Positions 18,474 through 28,635 of a stretch of 55,428 bases of DNA are shown piece after piece; within the stretch, counting starts at the first letter, position 1; every line of letters starts with the position of its first letter. The stretch comes from a virus. Its lineage: Duplodnaviria > Caudoviricetes. Under the pieces are notes generated by a model. That model did no database searches and had not been told where the DNA came from. It was given only the letters and a program-made list of their open reading frames with translations. The translations under genes and the position numbers were made by a program. Where the stretch lies: positions 1-55,428 of the IMG/VR virus record IMGVR_UViG_3300034102_000073; one strand, 5' to 3'.

Positions 18474-19934
18474 TTAACCGCGATAGATGTCGCGAGTATC
18501 TTTCGACAACAGCGGGTATGTCATGTAGGAAGCCATCTTTGTTGCACCCTGACCGGCAAGCGCACGAGACGTATCAAGTTCACCATACATAGACTGCAAC
18601 TCTTTCAGTCCGGCTTGCATACCGCGAGGCGCGGTGGGATACATGCTCTGCGCACGCGATAGAGCTTGGTTACGCATATCCAAACCGCCTGCATAGCCAC
18701 GGTCATATGCGCTGCCCACGTTTGCAGTGAGGCCGAGAGTTGCACGGCGACGCTCAGCAGCGCCATAGCCGGGGCTACGCAATCCTGCAAAACGGTCATC
18801 GCGGAATCCTTCTGCCAGTGCTTTTGCACCACGAACTTGAGCTTCGTTAGAAGCCTGCTGCGCCCAGTATTCAGGGTTGATAGCTTTAGCCTGCGTTACA
18901 AAATCGTTGTACTCAGCCAGCTTAGCTTGGTACGCTGCTTGGTCTTGACCTTCAAGACGTTTGAGTTCTGCTTGATACTCGTCGATACGTTTTTGCTGTT
19001 CCTTACCTGCTTGCGACGCATAGATGCCGCCAATTACTTGTGGAGTCATCATCAAGGTCATGTCTGCAAGTTTGGTAGGGTCAGTTACCCGACCCTTTAG
19101 CGCAGCCCAATACCCCGGATCAGTAGCAGCAGCGGGAGTAACAGCATTAGCACCACTTGTCGCTGTGCTGGCAACACCGGTATTAACACCGCCACCACCA
19201 GATACATACCCCGGTAGCTGGCCTGCATTTGCTCCGCTATAGTACGTTCCTCCATCAACTGCTGATGTAGCAGGATTTACAGCACCAGATGATCCTGAGA
19301 CGTTAGCATATTGCGGAGGGTTCGTCGTCGTCGAAAGGGTATTACCAGCGTTGCTTGTGTTTGTAGCTTGGAGATTCTGCGATGCACCCGCGTTGGGGTA
19401 CTGCGCATTTGCTAACTGTGCGTTAGTAACATCATCTACACCACTAGCAGCAGGCCCACCAAAGAAGCCGGTCTGGCTTTGACCAGCATTAGTTACTGTA
19501 CCAGTTGGGCCAAAGAAACCGGCGTTTTGGGTAGTTGCTTGCCCAAATAGCGGGTTATTCGTGGAGCCAAACCCGCCCATACCTTGCGTAAATCCACCGC
19601 CAATACCGCCCATCAGCGCACTACGACCGACATCTCCGCCAGTTAGCGCCGCTCCAGCGGCTCCAAGTACAGCACCAGTAGCGGCGGAGGCCAGCGTACC
19701 GGAGATAGCGCCAGCCATAATACTGGAGCCAAATACCGTGGTTGCAACCATAGGAGCAATAAACGGAACCGCGATAGCAACGACCACACCAAGTAGTCCT
19801 TTAAGGCCACCGCCACCGCCCATCTCAGACTCACCGCGAATAGCCGCAGCAATAGGATTCAATTTACCGGGGAACATATCGCGTGTTCCGTACGTGACAA
19901 ACTCAATGTTGCCAAAGGTGATTTGCTTAGTCAT
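18474..19934 (-). CDS. Putative DNA ejection/pilot protein
   Basis: Gly/Ala-rich with N-terminal hydrophobic helices and C-terminal coiled region; sits between acetyltransferase-like and SLT genes; GGAGG RBS. Confidence 0.7.
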   Translation of the reverse strand: MTKQITFGNIEFVTYGTRDMFPGKLNPIAAAIRGESEMGGGGGLKGLLGVVVAIAVPFIAPMVATTVFGSSIMAGAISGTLASAATGAVLGAAGAALTGGDVGRSALMGGIGGGFTQGMGGFGSTNNPLFGQATTQNAGFFGPTGTVTNAGQSQTGFFGGPAASGVDDVTNAQLANAQYPNAGASQNLQATNTSNAGNTLSTTTNPPQYANVSGSSGAVNPATSAVDGGTYYSGANAGQLPGYVSGGGGVNTGVASTATSGANAVTPAAATDPGYWAALKGRVTDPTKLADMTLMMTPQVIGGIYASQAGKEQQKRIDEYQAELKRLEGQDQAAYQAKLAEYNDFVTQAKAINPEYWAQQASNEAQVRGAKALAEGFRDDRFAGLRSPGYGAAERRRATLGLTANVGSAYDRGYAGGLDMRNQALSRAQSMYPTAPRGMQAGLKELQSMYGELDTSRALAGQGATKMASYMTYPLLSKDTRDIYRG

Positions 19935-20431
19935 TTTGTGACCTCCGTTAGTTCAAGCCTCATGTGGGAGTAAACCTGCTTAAATCCAAAACGAGTAATC
20001 ATGCGTTGCATTGCAGGATTTACCCACCCATCAATTACACGTACTCCGTTCATGTAAGCCCATCCGCAAAATTCGCGCCAGAACTTACGATGAAACACAG
20101 CTAAATCTGTACCGCCTAATGCTAGGATATTCAGTGCTGGAAGCCGTGGGTACTGTACGACTTCCGCAGCTAGGGCTAACCGGACATCTAGATTAGGGTT
20201 TGTACCAGTCTTATCATTGGTGAGGACGAAGATAAAAGCAGCGCGGTTCAGCGCCATGACTTTTATATCTTCAATTTCCAACTCACCGTGCATCGACTCT
20301 TTTACGCAACGATCCAACAAAGGCTTAGCTAGAGGCCAAAAGCGATCAATCAGCCGAGCATCGGCGAGCATAAGAGGCTCGTACTCACGCAACGGAGCGT
20401 ATTGAACTTGCTCGGCTGGTTGACTGTGCAT
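19931..20431 (-). CDS. GNAT-like virion assembly protein (positional analogue of T7 gp13)
   Basis: VVQYPRLPALNILALGG...W..RFGF pattern; precedes ejection genes. Confidence 0.6.
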   Translation of the reverse strand: MHSQPAEQVQYAPLREYEPLMLADARLIDRFWPLAKPLLDRCVKESMHGELEIEDIKVMALNRAAFIFVLTNDKTGTNPNLDVRLALAAEVVQYPRLPALNILALGGTDLAVFHRKFWREFCGWAYMNGVRVIDGWVNPAMQRMITRFGFKQVYSHMRLELTEVTK

Positions 20432-21417
20432 CATGACTTAGACTTTCCTTCGTCTTTGTCACCCTTCTTGTACTTGTCCAGCAACATATCAAAGAAGTCA
20501 GTACCTTTTGCTTCGACAACATGCTTGGGGATGACATACTCACCGCCGGAAACACGAATCTGGATGTCGTCCGCACGGCCCGTCTTGTCCTTAGTAGGCG
20601 ACCATTCTTCCGGTATGTCTCCACCCATATTAAAGCCCGGACGGAATGTATCGTTGAATGTCTGAACTCGTCCGCCATTGGCTAACTGTTGCATTGGGCC
20701 ACTAGCCTGAGCGCCTTGTAACTCTTGCTGCACCGCAGCACCAGCCATCAAAAGTGCAAACACAATCCCTTGGTCATACTCGGCAGGCAAGTCTTGTTCA
20801 GTAGCCAGACCGCGCTGAATAGCAAGCTGACGTAGGCGTGGGTACAACGCAGGGTTCTGAGCCGCAGCAGTCGCAAGCTGGACAGCGGTATTTAGCTGCT
20901 CCATAGTCAACTCACCAGACTGGATAGCTTGCATAATTACTTGCCGCATTTGACTAATAGCTTGCGGATTATTTTGCAGAACCCTCTCAATCTCGTTTTC
21001 CATCTCCTCGTAGCCAGCAGGTTCTCCGCCACCCATCATCGGCTGTCCACCCATCATAGGCTGTCCACCCATCATCGGCTGCCCCATCGGGCCTACTTGC
21101 CCACCGTCCGCGTACGTAGGCTGCATACGGAAGTCAAGTACAGGGTAATTAGGATTAGAAGCTACTGTCCCTGTCGGGGCTGTCTGAAGGGCTTGCATGT
21201 TGATACCGCCGGTAGAAGCGCCACCGCCACCGCCGCCCATCAATCCTTGCCCCTGCTGGTTAATTAGATTGGCTAAGGACGCCGGGAGCGCCGTTGTAGC
21301 CGGAGCCATACCGGAACCAAAGCCGGGGCTACGCATACCTGCTGCTGGGCTAAAACCATCTTGCAGACCCAAGTTCTGCATCCATGCTTGCCCGCCGTTT
21401 TGTTGTCCTCGTGACAT
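20431..21417 (-). CDS. Gln/Gly/Met-rich internal virion protein
   Basis: YADGG, LANGG, FNMGG motifs and C-terminal TGRADDIQIRVSGGEYVIP; GQPMMG tandem repeats. Confidence 0.7.
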   Translation of the reverse strand: MSRGQQNGGQAWMQNLGLQDGFSPAAGMRSPGFGSGMAPATTALPASLANLINQQGQGLMGGGGGGASTGGINMQALQTAPTGTVASNPNYPVLDFRMQPTYADGGQVGPMGQPMMGGQPMMGGQPMMGGGEPAGYEEMENEIERVLQNNPQAISQMRQVIMQAIQSGELTMEQLNTAVQLATAAAQNPALYPRLRQLAIQRGLATEQDLPAEYDQGIVFALLMAGAAVQQELQGAQASGPMQQLANGGRVQTFNDTFRPGFNMGGDIPEEWSPTKDKTGRADDIQIRVSGGEYVIPKHVVEAKGTDFFDMLLDKYKKGDKDEGKSKS

Positions 21418-21437
21418 GATCGTATCCTTTCGAGTCG

Positions 21438-21776
21438 CTATGATTTAAGTTGGTTAATCAGAGCGTTCAGCACATCCTTGATGTATGCTACATCCCCGAT
21501 CAGTGTTTGTACATCCACAATAAGTTTTGCATAGTCCTCCGCACTGGCGACATTCACACCGCTTATTGTAAACCCAGCACCCGTTGCTGTCACTTGTCGT
21601 ATAGACAAATCACCTATAGGCTGGACTCCTACCTGCCCAGCGATTAGGGCTTGATACCCAGTGTTACCCCGCTGTCCAGTTAGGATTTCTACGTTCTGCT
21701 TTACGTTGTTCAGGAATTGAAATTGCCATTCAGGTACTCCTACCTGTGGCACGGCGGGTAATGCTGCGTAGCTCAT
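21438..21776 (-). CDS. Small tail-associated protein
   Basis: Translationally coupled to the nozzle gene (TAATG); C-terminal coiled coil. Confidence 0.65.
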   Translation of the reverse strand: MSYAALPAVPQVGVPEWQFQFLNNVKQNVEILTGQRGNTGYQALIAGQVGVQPIGDLSIRQVTATGAGFTISGVNVASAEDYAKLIVDVQTLIGDVAYIKDVLNALINQLKS

Positions 21777-24160
21777 TATGCTGTCCTTAATCCGAAGGGA
21801 GTCTCGCCCACATGGATAGCCCGAATACGAGCCGAGCCAGCCACAGAGACTTCAAATGTGTCTGACCTATATCCAGCCGGGAGCCGGAAAATTTCTGAGC
21901 TATCTACAGTCACATCACAGACCAATTCTTTATTAGCCCATAACTTAAACGTCACAGGGAACGCGCCTGTAATCGACCGTAGGTAAATAGTCAGATCAGG
22001 GTCACCGTTCAGCATCATGCTATTGACTGTACCTAGTACGTCTACATGCGCCGAAGTATTTGGATCAACATAATCTACAGGGCCGTTCACCGTACCTAGT
22101 TGCGGGACTAGTGACCAAATCTCTGCGTTATGGGGTGCTACTGTAGCGTTATATGCGACGATTGCTTCTGTCTCCTCAGAAGGTACAGAATAATCAGCAA
22201 CTACACGCGCTGCTCCCAAGTTCAGATAGTCTTTAGTGACAATGACTTTCGACTTCCACTCTAGCGGTAGCAACGGCTGGGAGTCGTCGTCCCATTTAGA
22301 CAGCGAGCCGGACGTATCCGAGATGTAGTAAAACACGTTGGTACGGGAGTCATAGTGCGCAGCGCTAAACACAACTGGCGCGGTGATAAAAAATCCCCCA
22401 ACCTTATCTTCGCGCTCGAAGATAAATGAGCCTGCGGAATGTGACGCAAAGTACTTACCTGCGTAAAACGCTGCCACAAGGGTAGTTGGATTAAGATCAC
22501 GTTCCCATGTATCCCAGTCGTGAACAAGTTTGGTTACGAGATCAATACCCGCCGAAGGGTTATAAACACCGATACCACCATACGTAGGGAACACGACACC
22601 GTATCCAATATTCACAATACCGCGTTTAGATGTACATGGGTACGGAGCATCGATACGTGCGTACGACATATTTGCCGGTGTGTTTCCGCTAACCAAGAAT
22701 GGGTACGATTCAGTCAGCACTAATACCGAACCTGCAATCGGAGATATACCGATAATTCGAGAGTCAAAAACTAGTCTGTACTTAGCAGGCCACGCCCAAG
22801 GTTTGTTCGGTTCGGAAAAGCACAACTCATTCTCTGTGAAGCCGCAGAGAATGTTGTTCTGAATAGACGATAGCCCCTGCATATTCGCCGGAGGCGCATC
22901 GTAATCCTGTGATGCCAAGGCTATACCTAGACCATCTGGATCGTAGTCGTCAATAAACGTAGTGGACTCATAGTACCGCGATACGTTTGTCTCAGGTTCA
23001 GAAATATCCCAGTAAAGCGTACCTGCTGAACAAGCAGTATTTGCTTTATCCGATCCATTCTTTACGTAGCTAAACTCATATTCCCCATCTACGTCAGTCA
23101 CTATACCGTCTGTGATATTAAATGTGGTATCAGGCGTGCCGCCAAAGGCGATACCCGTTACTTTTATCTTATCCCCCACAAGTAAATTATGTGGGGTAGC
23201 AGTAGTAAGCGTAACGGTATTAGAGGTACGAGAAGCGAAATCTACGTCAACCGGGAACCATACCGTGCGCAAACGGAAATAATCTGTGCCGCTACTTGAA
23301 GTGATCGTGCGATACAGCCTAAAGCCAGAGATATACGTATTACCCGCTGGCTTTGCCGTAGGCAAGTTACCTACGGTGACCACTTGTCCCTCTTTAAGAT
23401 AATCCGTAACAGATGGGTCAGACGGTATAGACTCCTCTCCCCACCCTGTCAACCACGTATAAACGTAGTTGCGAGTAATCGTATTACCAGCAAGATTGAC
23501 TTTTCCAGATGTATCCGCAGTTGTGGACACCGCGTCGCCGGAATTAAAGTAGGTAAACGATGTTGAGTTCGTTACTGTAATTCGTACGTTAGTGGCGTTA
23601 AAAGTTTTACCAGTAGTAGTGGTAAACCCGGACACGGTTACAACCTGCCCGGTTTTTAAATTGTGTGCTGCGCCTGTGACAATCGTGGCTATGTTGCCGG
23701 AGTCACGAGCGTATGAAGCAGTTGTTGCAGCAGTGAATGAAGTGACTACTGTAGTTGGGATAGTCTCAGGCAGAGGCAGACCTAGGTCGTACGCAGTGAC
23801 GGGGTAAGGCCCAGCACCTTGGATAGCAAGATCATAGTTGGTGACTTTAGGGACGCCATCACCACTGAAGTAAATACGTTGTTCTTCTTCCGTCAGCGCA
23901 GTAGTAACCGCCACATCTACGTCGGTTAGCCAAGATAACCATTTAAGATCATCCGGGTCAGCAGGATTCCGCATAGGGTAAATCGCCCTAACAACACCGT
24001 TGCGACTTACGTTATCCACGATGGTCGGTTGGTGGTACGGAATCAGATCGCCAGAGTAGACCTTAGCGTTAGACGCAATCTGTGCGGCAGCATCCGGCAG
24101 CAACTCCGGGCTGATCTTCGGAGCCGCCCCTAAAAACTTGCTGAGTTTAATTGCTGCCAT
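21776..24160 (-). CDS. Tail nozzle/stabilisation protein with two inserted T..AH.L..G..V.V.G beta domains
   Basis: About 800 aa; ISPELLP N-terminus, YVYTW...GEES.PS, LCFSEP..P.AWP motifs typical of podophage nozzles. Confidence 0.75.
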   Translation of the reverse strand: MAAIKLSKFLGAAPKISPELLPDAAAQIASNAKVYSGDLIPYHQPTIVDNVSRNGVVRAIYPMRNPADPDDLKWLSWLTDVDVAVTTALTEEEQRIYFSGDGVPKVTNYDLAIQGAGPYPVTAYDLGLPLPETIPTTVVTSFTAATTASYARDSGNIATIVTGAAHNLKTGQVVTVSGFTTTTGKTFNATNVRITVTNSTSFTYFNSGDAVSTTADTSGKVNLAGNTITRNYVYTWLTGWGEESIPSDPSVTDYLKEGQVVTVGNLPTAKPAGNTYISGFRLYRTITSSSGTDYFRLRTVWFPVDVDFASRTSNTVTLTTATPHNLLVGDKIKVTGIAFGGTPDTTFNITDGIVTDVDGEYEFSYVKNGSDKANTACSAGTLYWDISEPETNVSRYYESTTFIDDYDPDGLGIALASQDYDAPPANMQGLSSIQNNILCGFTENELCFSEPNKPWAWPAKYRLVFDSRIIGISPIAGSVLVLTESYPFLVSGNTPANMSYARIDAPYPCTSKRGIVNIGYGVVFPTYGGIGVYNPSAGIDLVTKLVHDWDTWERDLNPTTLVAAFYAGKYFASHSAGSFIFEREDKVGGFFITAPVVFSAAHYDSRTNVFYYISDTSGSLSKWDDDSQPLLPLEWKSKVIVTKDYLNLGAARVVADYSVPSEETEAIVAYNATVAPHNAEIWSLVPQLGTVNGPVDYVDPNTSAHVDVLGTVNSMMLNGDPDLTIYLRSITGAFPVTFKLWANKELVCDVTVDSSEIFRLPAGYRSDTFEVSVAGSARIRAIHVGETPFGLRTA

Positions 24161-24166
24161 GATGTA

Positions 24167-24505
24167 TCACACGTTTCGTTCAAAGTGAGGGCAATCCACT
24201 AGCGATTTGAAGTTGCCGCCCCAACGATTCTTAGGATGCAGTGACTCCCAGTACGCGCCGACAGGAGTAATAATCTCCTTGCTCCAGATGATCTTACCGT
24301 CCTTAAAGAAGTTTAAGTCAATGGCGCACCGCTTTAGGTGGATAGAATTCATAGTCTTAGAACGCCCAGCCTTCACATGAAGGGCTTGTTGTTCGGGAGT
24401 ACGAGCCAACTCACCACCCGTGACCATAAATCCCTGATCGGTAGCGTATTGGATCAGCTTACAGACATCAAGAAGAAATGCTGCTTGTTCCTTTGCGAGG
24501 CTCAT
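24167..24505 (-). CDS. Endolysin, M15 family peptidase
   Basis: RTPEQQ, SIHLKRCAID, WGGNF, DCPHFE zinc-binding motifs. Confidence 0.9.
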   Translation of the reverse strand: MSLAKEQAAFLLDVCKLIQYATDQGFMVTGGELARTPEQQALHVKAGRSKTMNSIHLKRCAIDLNFFKDGKIIWSKEIITPVGAYWESLHPKNRWGGNFKSLVDCPHFERNV

Positions 24506-25023
24506 TTGTCACCTCCTTTGTTGCGCATCTCCATAACTTTTTCAACTGTACGCCCGCCGAAATACGCAGTCATAACCAGCATACCCCACTGTCCTAACAG
24601 CGTGACATAGGCTTCAGCTATACGGTAACCAGCGCCGTCTAGGAGCGCGAACAACAGATATGCACTCAACAAATAGACCAGTGTACCGGGGCGGATATTC
24701 TTGGATAGCCAAGAATCAGAAGCCATATCTGCTTTCCAACGGTCGGTGACATTGTTCTCTTGGTTGGCTTGCGCAGCCAACAGAGCTTCCAATTCCTGTT
24801 GTTCCAGCTTTGCCTTCTCGATACCGAGTTCGAGCAGACGTTCTTCATGGTCGTACTGAAGTTGGCGCAGCTTCTCTACTTCTTCAGGAGAAGGATTGTC
24901 GGAGATTTTGACTCCCAAAGTTTTCTCGACAACTTCTTTACCTTTAGCTTGGATAGCACTAGACAGCAGGTTAAGACCACTTTCTGCTAATGTACCAAGT
25001 AATGCACCAACAATCGGTATCAT
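24502..25023 (-). CDS. Putative holin
   Basis: DSWLSKNIRP followed by two hydrophobic helices and YFGGR; adjacent to endolysin; GAGGGG RBS before ATG 25023. Confidence 0.75.
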   Translation of the reverse strand: MIPIVGALLGTLAESGLNLLSSAIQAKGKEVVEKTLGVKISDNPSPEEVEKLRQLQYDHEERLLELGIEKAKLEQQELEALLAAQANQENNVTDRWKADMASDSWLSKNIRPGTLVYLLSAYLLFALLDGAGYRIAEAYVTLLGQWGMLVMTAYFGGRTVEKVMEMRNKGGDK

Positions 25024-25024
25024 G

Positions 25025-25555
25025 TTACCCCCTCGCGTATTTTGCAATCATATAAAACATGTATGACACCACCGAAATTAGGAAAACTACTGACCCAATG
25101 ATGACGCCGTACAAGATAATCTTCTCCCTCAACTCACGCTTCAACTTCCGTGCCTTTGATACAAGGCGTCGCTGCTCTGCTTCTTCCTCTGCTCGCTCAT
25201 CCCGGATTCTTTTCCTCTCTAGCTGAAAGTCATCCCACAATCCGGGCAACGGGCAGTGGTAAATTATCAATTCCCGTAACTCCACTTCATACTGCTGCAA
25301 CTGCCTAACCCGCATTACGTTTTCCATTGCCTCGCTATCTACTGATAAACGCTTTAATGGGTTCAGCGATTTCTGACTACTGGCCTTAGCAACTACCTCT
25401 TGCGCCTCAAAGAAACTACCTAGATGAAAAGTAACTTCGTGGGCAATAGAATGTATGTCTTTAGCAGCACCTCTTGCGTCCTTATACAAATTGATCGCAG
25501 CTTTCACCCCTGCTACTGCGGCTTGGGCTGTTGCGAAAGCTGTAATCGGATCCAA
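25025..25555 (-). CDS. Hypothetical protein with C-terminal transmembrane helix (TTG start)
   Basis: AAGGAG then TTG; DPIT.FA.A..A N-terminus; hydrophobic C-terminus. Confidence 0.7.
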   Translation of the reverse strand: MDPITAFATAQAAVAGVKAAINLYKDARGAAKDIHSIAHEVTFHLGSFFEAQEVVAKASSQKSLNPLKRLSVDSEAMENVMRVRQLQQYEVELRELIIYHCPLPGLWDDFQLERKRIRDERAEEEAEQRRLVSKARKLKRELREKIILYGVIIGSVVFLISVVSYMFYMIAKYARG

Positions 25556-25559
25556 TTTT

Positions 25560-25826
25560 TCACTCCTTATCTTCCTTACTCTCTAGCTTCTTAAACAAAA
25601 GCCCAAGAGTGTTGTCGATCTTATTGAATCCGTCTTTCATATCTTCTTTAATTTCGCGCACCGCATCTTTGAAATCGTCACGACGTACGAAATCCTCGTG
25701 CATCTTGGTGTCAATAGCCCGAACATCTTTCTTCAGGTCTTGAATCGCGTCCCAGATGATTTTCAAAATCCATCCCCCGCAAAAACCAGCAATGGCGACA
25801 GCCCAATTGAATACCACCTGATCCAT
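25560..25826 (-). CDS. Small membrane-anchored coiled-coil protein (lysis-cassette accessory)
   Basis: N-terminal TM helix followed by coiled coil, FVRRDDF motif. Confidence 0.7.
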   Translation of the reverse strand: MDQVVFNWAVAIAGFCGGWILKIIWDAIQDLKKDVRAIDTKMHEDFVRRDDFKDAVREIKEDMKDGFNKIDNTLGLLFKKLESKEDKE

Positions 25827-25853
25827 GATTTACCTTTCCGCACGAGGCTTCTG

Positions 25854-26036
25854 TCATTTCTTTTTCATGCACTTACCCATCGCCTTGCATTTAGCAGGAC
25901 TTGGGCAACCAGCGCACGCTTTAAACGCTTTCATAGGAACCTTGCCGCCTTTTTTATAGCCAGCAACAGCCTTGCGTTTTGCTTCATCTTCATCCTTACG
26001 GCGCATTGCCGATTCCGTCATTAGTTTGAGAGGCAT
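25854..26036 (-). CDS. Small basic protein with YKKGG motif and four-Cys tail
   Basis: AAGGAG RBS; CAGCPSPAKCKAMGKC. Confidence 0.7.
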   Translation of the reverse strand: MPLKLMTESAMRRKDEDEAKRKAVAGYKKGGKVPMKAFKACAGCPSPAKCKAMGKCMKKK

Positions 26037-26053
26037 TTCAGTTCTCCTTTAAG

Positions 26054-27313
26054 TTACCAAACAGTTATAACCACACGCCCTGCGCCGCCGTTACCGCCCG
26101 CGCTGAACCCTGCACCACCCCCACCAGCGGGGGTACTTCCATTCTGCCCTGCACCACTGTCAAAAGCACTAGACGTTCCACCATTACCGCCGACCATAGA
26201 CTGCCCGCCAGCGGACGCAGCACCAGCAGCAACGGGCTTACCGCCACCACCACCGCCGCCGTATACTGAGTGTTGCCCAATACCATCAATAATCGAATAA
26301 CCGCCTACCATTTGGTATTTCGTAGTGTCCTTACGCATACCTGCACCGCCGCTAAATGTAGCAGTAAGGTAGATATAACCTAACCACGCCGACGTATATG
26401 GATTAGCAAATCCATCTTGCTGCCCACCGGGGAGTGTAGTAAATGGAGCGCCGCCAAGGGCAACGAGATTCATATTCCCGCCGCCAAAGTTATATCCTTG
26501 TTGGTACGCAAGACGACCTTCGCCACCACCCACGGTGTAGCCTAGGAACGTAGTCGTGCCGCCCGAAGCACCGTCGCCGTTGACACCGGTTTTTCCTGCA
26601 CCGCCCTGACCTACAGAACCGCTATAGGATGCGTTTGGTAGGTCTGTAAGGAGAATAATTTTTTCGAGGTATCCGCCACCGCCGCCACCATGAGCCTGTG
26701 TACCGTTTGCTGCTTGGCGGGAACCGCCAGCGCCTCCGCCCCACATCTGGATTAAGGCATACGTACCCTTGTTAGGCTTTGTCCATGTGAAGTTAGTAGG
26801 GGCTGCACCGGCTACATCACCGGTAAAAATTTGTCTGTCAACGACTGCGGAATCTTCAGTGACCGAGGTGACTAGACCTTTACTATTGACAGTGAATCTA
26901 GGCGTTAAACCATTGCCACCGAATGTACCGGCGGATACGCCAGATGCAGCTAGTTTAGAAGCGACTACTGCACCGTCCTCAAGATCATCTTCGCCAATTG
27001 TGCGGATAGGCAAATCGCCTAGTAGTGCTGCTGTAACACGAAGCTCAACTCGGTCACCTGTTGCGAACGCTTGCGCGGTCGTCCCGTCCTGCCCGCGCAC
27101 AACAGTAAGTGTATCGTTAGTGCGGTTAGTTACTTTTACAATTTCTAAGTTATTGGAGGTGTCAAGGAGCGTTACATAGAAGTAATTACCAGAGGCTACA
27201 GAAGCAGCAGGAAAACGCGCACCCTGACCAACAGCCAAACTAATAGTAGTCGCTGAGGAGTTAATCCCTGTAAGGATGGTACTGAACGCATTGTTTTTAA
27301 TCTGTACGCCCAT
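26054..27313 (-). CDS. Tail fibre/appendage protein 1 with glycine-rich C-terminal domain
   Basis: Shared NNA...RFP...NNLEIVKVT...RGQDGTTA anchor; WTKP...WGGGAGG Gly-rich domain. Confidence 0.8.
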   Translation of the reverse strand: MGVQIKNNAFSTILTGINSSATTISLAVGQGARFPAASVASGNYFYVTLLDTSNNLEIVKVTNRTNDTLTVVRGQDGTTAQAFATGDRVELRVTAALLGDLPIRTIGEDDLEDGAVVASKLAASGVSAGTFGGNGLTPRFTVNSKGLVTSVTEDSAVVDRQIFTGDVAGAAPTNFTWTKPNKGTYALIQMWGGGAGGSRQAANGTQAHGGGGGGYLEKIILLTDLPNASYSGSVGQGGAGKTGVNGDGASGGTTTFLGYTVGGGEGRLAYQQGYNFGGGNMNLVALGGAPFTTLPGGQQDGFANPYTSAWLGYIYLTATFSGGAGMRKDTTKYQMVGGYSIIDGIGQHSVYGGGGGGGKPVAAGAASAGGQSMVGGNGGTSSAFDSGAGQNGSTPAGGGGAGFSAGGNGGAGRVVITVW

Positions 27314-27316
27314 GCT

Positions 27317-27631
27317 TTACTCCGGCTTTGGATACTTGGCTTTAACAGCCAAACACGTATCAGTATATCGCTGTAACTGTGCAGTGTCACCTTTTACGAT
27401 AGCATCTAGATAATCTGTAATAGGGGGGTACTCCGCTTTACGCTTGCGCTGGTACTCAGCCCTACTCCATTCGCGGTTCAGCCGCAATACCTCAGCGTCA
27501 AGTTGCGCCTTTGTGGGCTTGTCAATCTGGGTATCCCGCCACTTCAACGTGCTGTAATCCTCCCCAATAATAGACCACGACGCGCCGGGGCAAAGAGACT
27601 GAATTGCATGTGTAATATCGTACTTACTCAT
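27317..27631 (-). CDS. Putative tail fibre assembly chaperone
   Basis: YQRKRKAEYP.I.D.LDA...VKAKYPKP motif; follows a fibre gene. Confidence 0.7.
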   Translation of the reverse strand: MSKYDITHAIQSLCPGASWSIIGEDYSTLKWRDTQIDKPTKAQLDAEVLRLNREWSRAEYQRKRKAEYPPITDYLDAIVKGDTAQLQRYTDTCLAVKAKYPKPE

Positions 27632-28626
27632 TGCGCGATCTCCATCAGCGTTACCGAACTGGTAGCGATTTCGTACCCACTCTGCCCGACTGCTGCACCG
27701 GAGACAGCCCGATTAAGATAAAACGTAGTCGCAGTACCATGGTTTATAAAGCGCAACTGGTAGGTCAGAGTGCTTGTAGTCGCCGGGGAGTCCATATAGG
27801 ACATTAACCGAGATTGAGGAGTCGAGTCGTCGTTGGCATCGTATACGCTAGATTTCCAACCAACCCATCCTTGTAGGGGTACAGCACTATTGTTACCGAT
27901 TGCTGTGCCATTTCGCGTCAAACGGAAAACTATATTGTGGTTATTCTGCTCGCAAGTTACGTCCATCAATACCCAGATTTTGCTGTCGCTGTACTTGGGC
28001 GTTATATCCAAGAACATATCCGTGACACTGGCCTCCAAATTAGCGGAAGTAGCAATCGTAGTTACTGTGTCTACCTGCTTATGCACAGTCTGAATAATCA
28101 TACCGGGAACTTTAATTGCCCCCGGATCAGCCCCATCTAAGTAGTGTCCAGACGGAATATCAATCACGTTAGACGGGCCGCGTAGCTCTGGCACGATCAA
28201 CGCACCAGTCATGGTATCGCCGGATTTCCTTACGACCTCGTTGACGCGTGGAATCTGGTTACCGGTCGCGTTGGCGATTGCCTCAAGATGCCCTAACATC
28301 GTACCGCCGCCGCGAGATACTTTATCGTCGAATAGCCCCTGTACAGGACGTAGCTCTACTCGTGAAGTAGAAGGGTAATTTCTTGCAGTAGTACCGTCTT
28401 GCCCGCGAACAATAGTAAATACATCAGTCGCAACCGCTGTTACTTTAACTACCTCAATGTTGTTTGAGGTATCAAGTATCGTAAGAAAAAAGAAGTCGCC
28501 TGATCCACCAGCAATAGATGGAAACCGCACCCCAGTACCTACCGCTACATTTAAGCTGGTATCAGAACTGGTAATTGAAGCCGCCAGTGTGCTGTATGCG
28601 TTGTTTTTTACAAGTGCGACGCCCAT
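27628..28626 (-). CDS. Tail fibre/appendage protein 2
   Basis: Shared anchor domain; KSGDTMTG repeats; C-terminal ITPK..SKI...DSPATTS..TY...TLMEIA domain. Confidence 0.8.
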   Translation of the reverse strand: MGVALVKNNAYSTLAASITSSDTSLNVAVGTGVRFPSIAGGSGDFFFLTILDTSNNIEVVKVTAVATDVFTIVRGQDGTTARNYPSTSRVELRPVQGLFDDKVSRGGGTMLGHLEAIANATGNQIPRVNEVVRKSGDTMTGALIVPELRGPSNVIDIPSGHYLDGADPGAIKVPGMIIQTVHKQVDTVTTIATSANLEASVTDMFLDITPKYSDSKIWVLMDVTCEQNNHNIVFRLTRNGTAIGNNSAVPLQGWVGWKSSVYDANDDSTPQSRLMSYMDSPATTSTLTYQLRFINHGTATTFYLNRAVSGAAVGQSGYEIATSSVTLMEIAQ

Positions 28627-28635
28627 ATCAAATCC

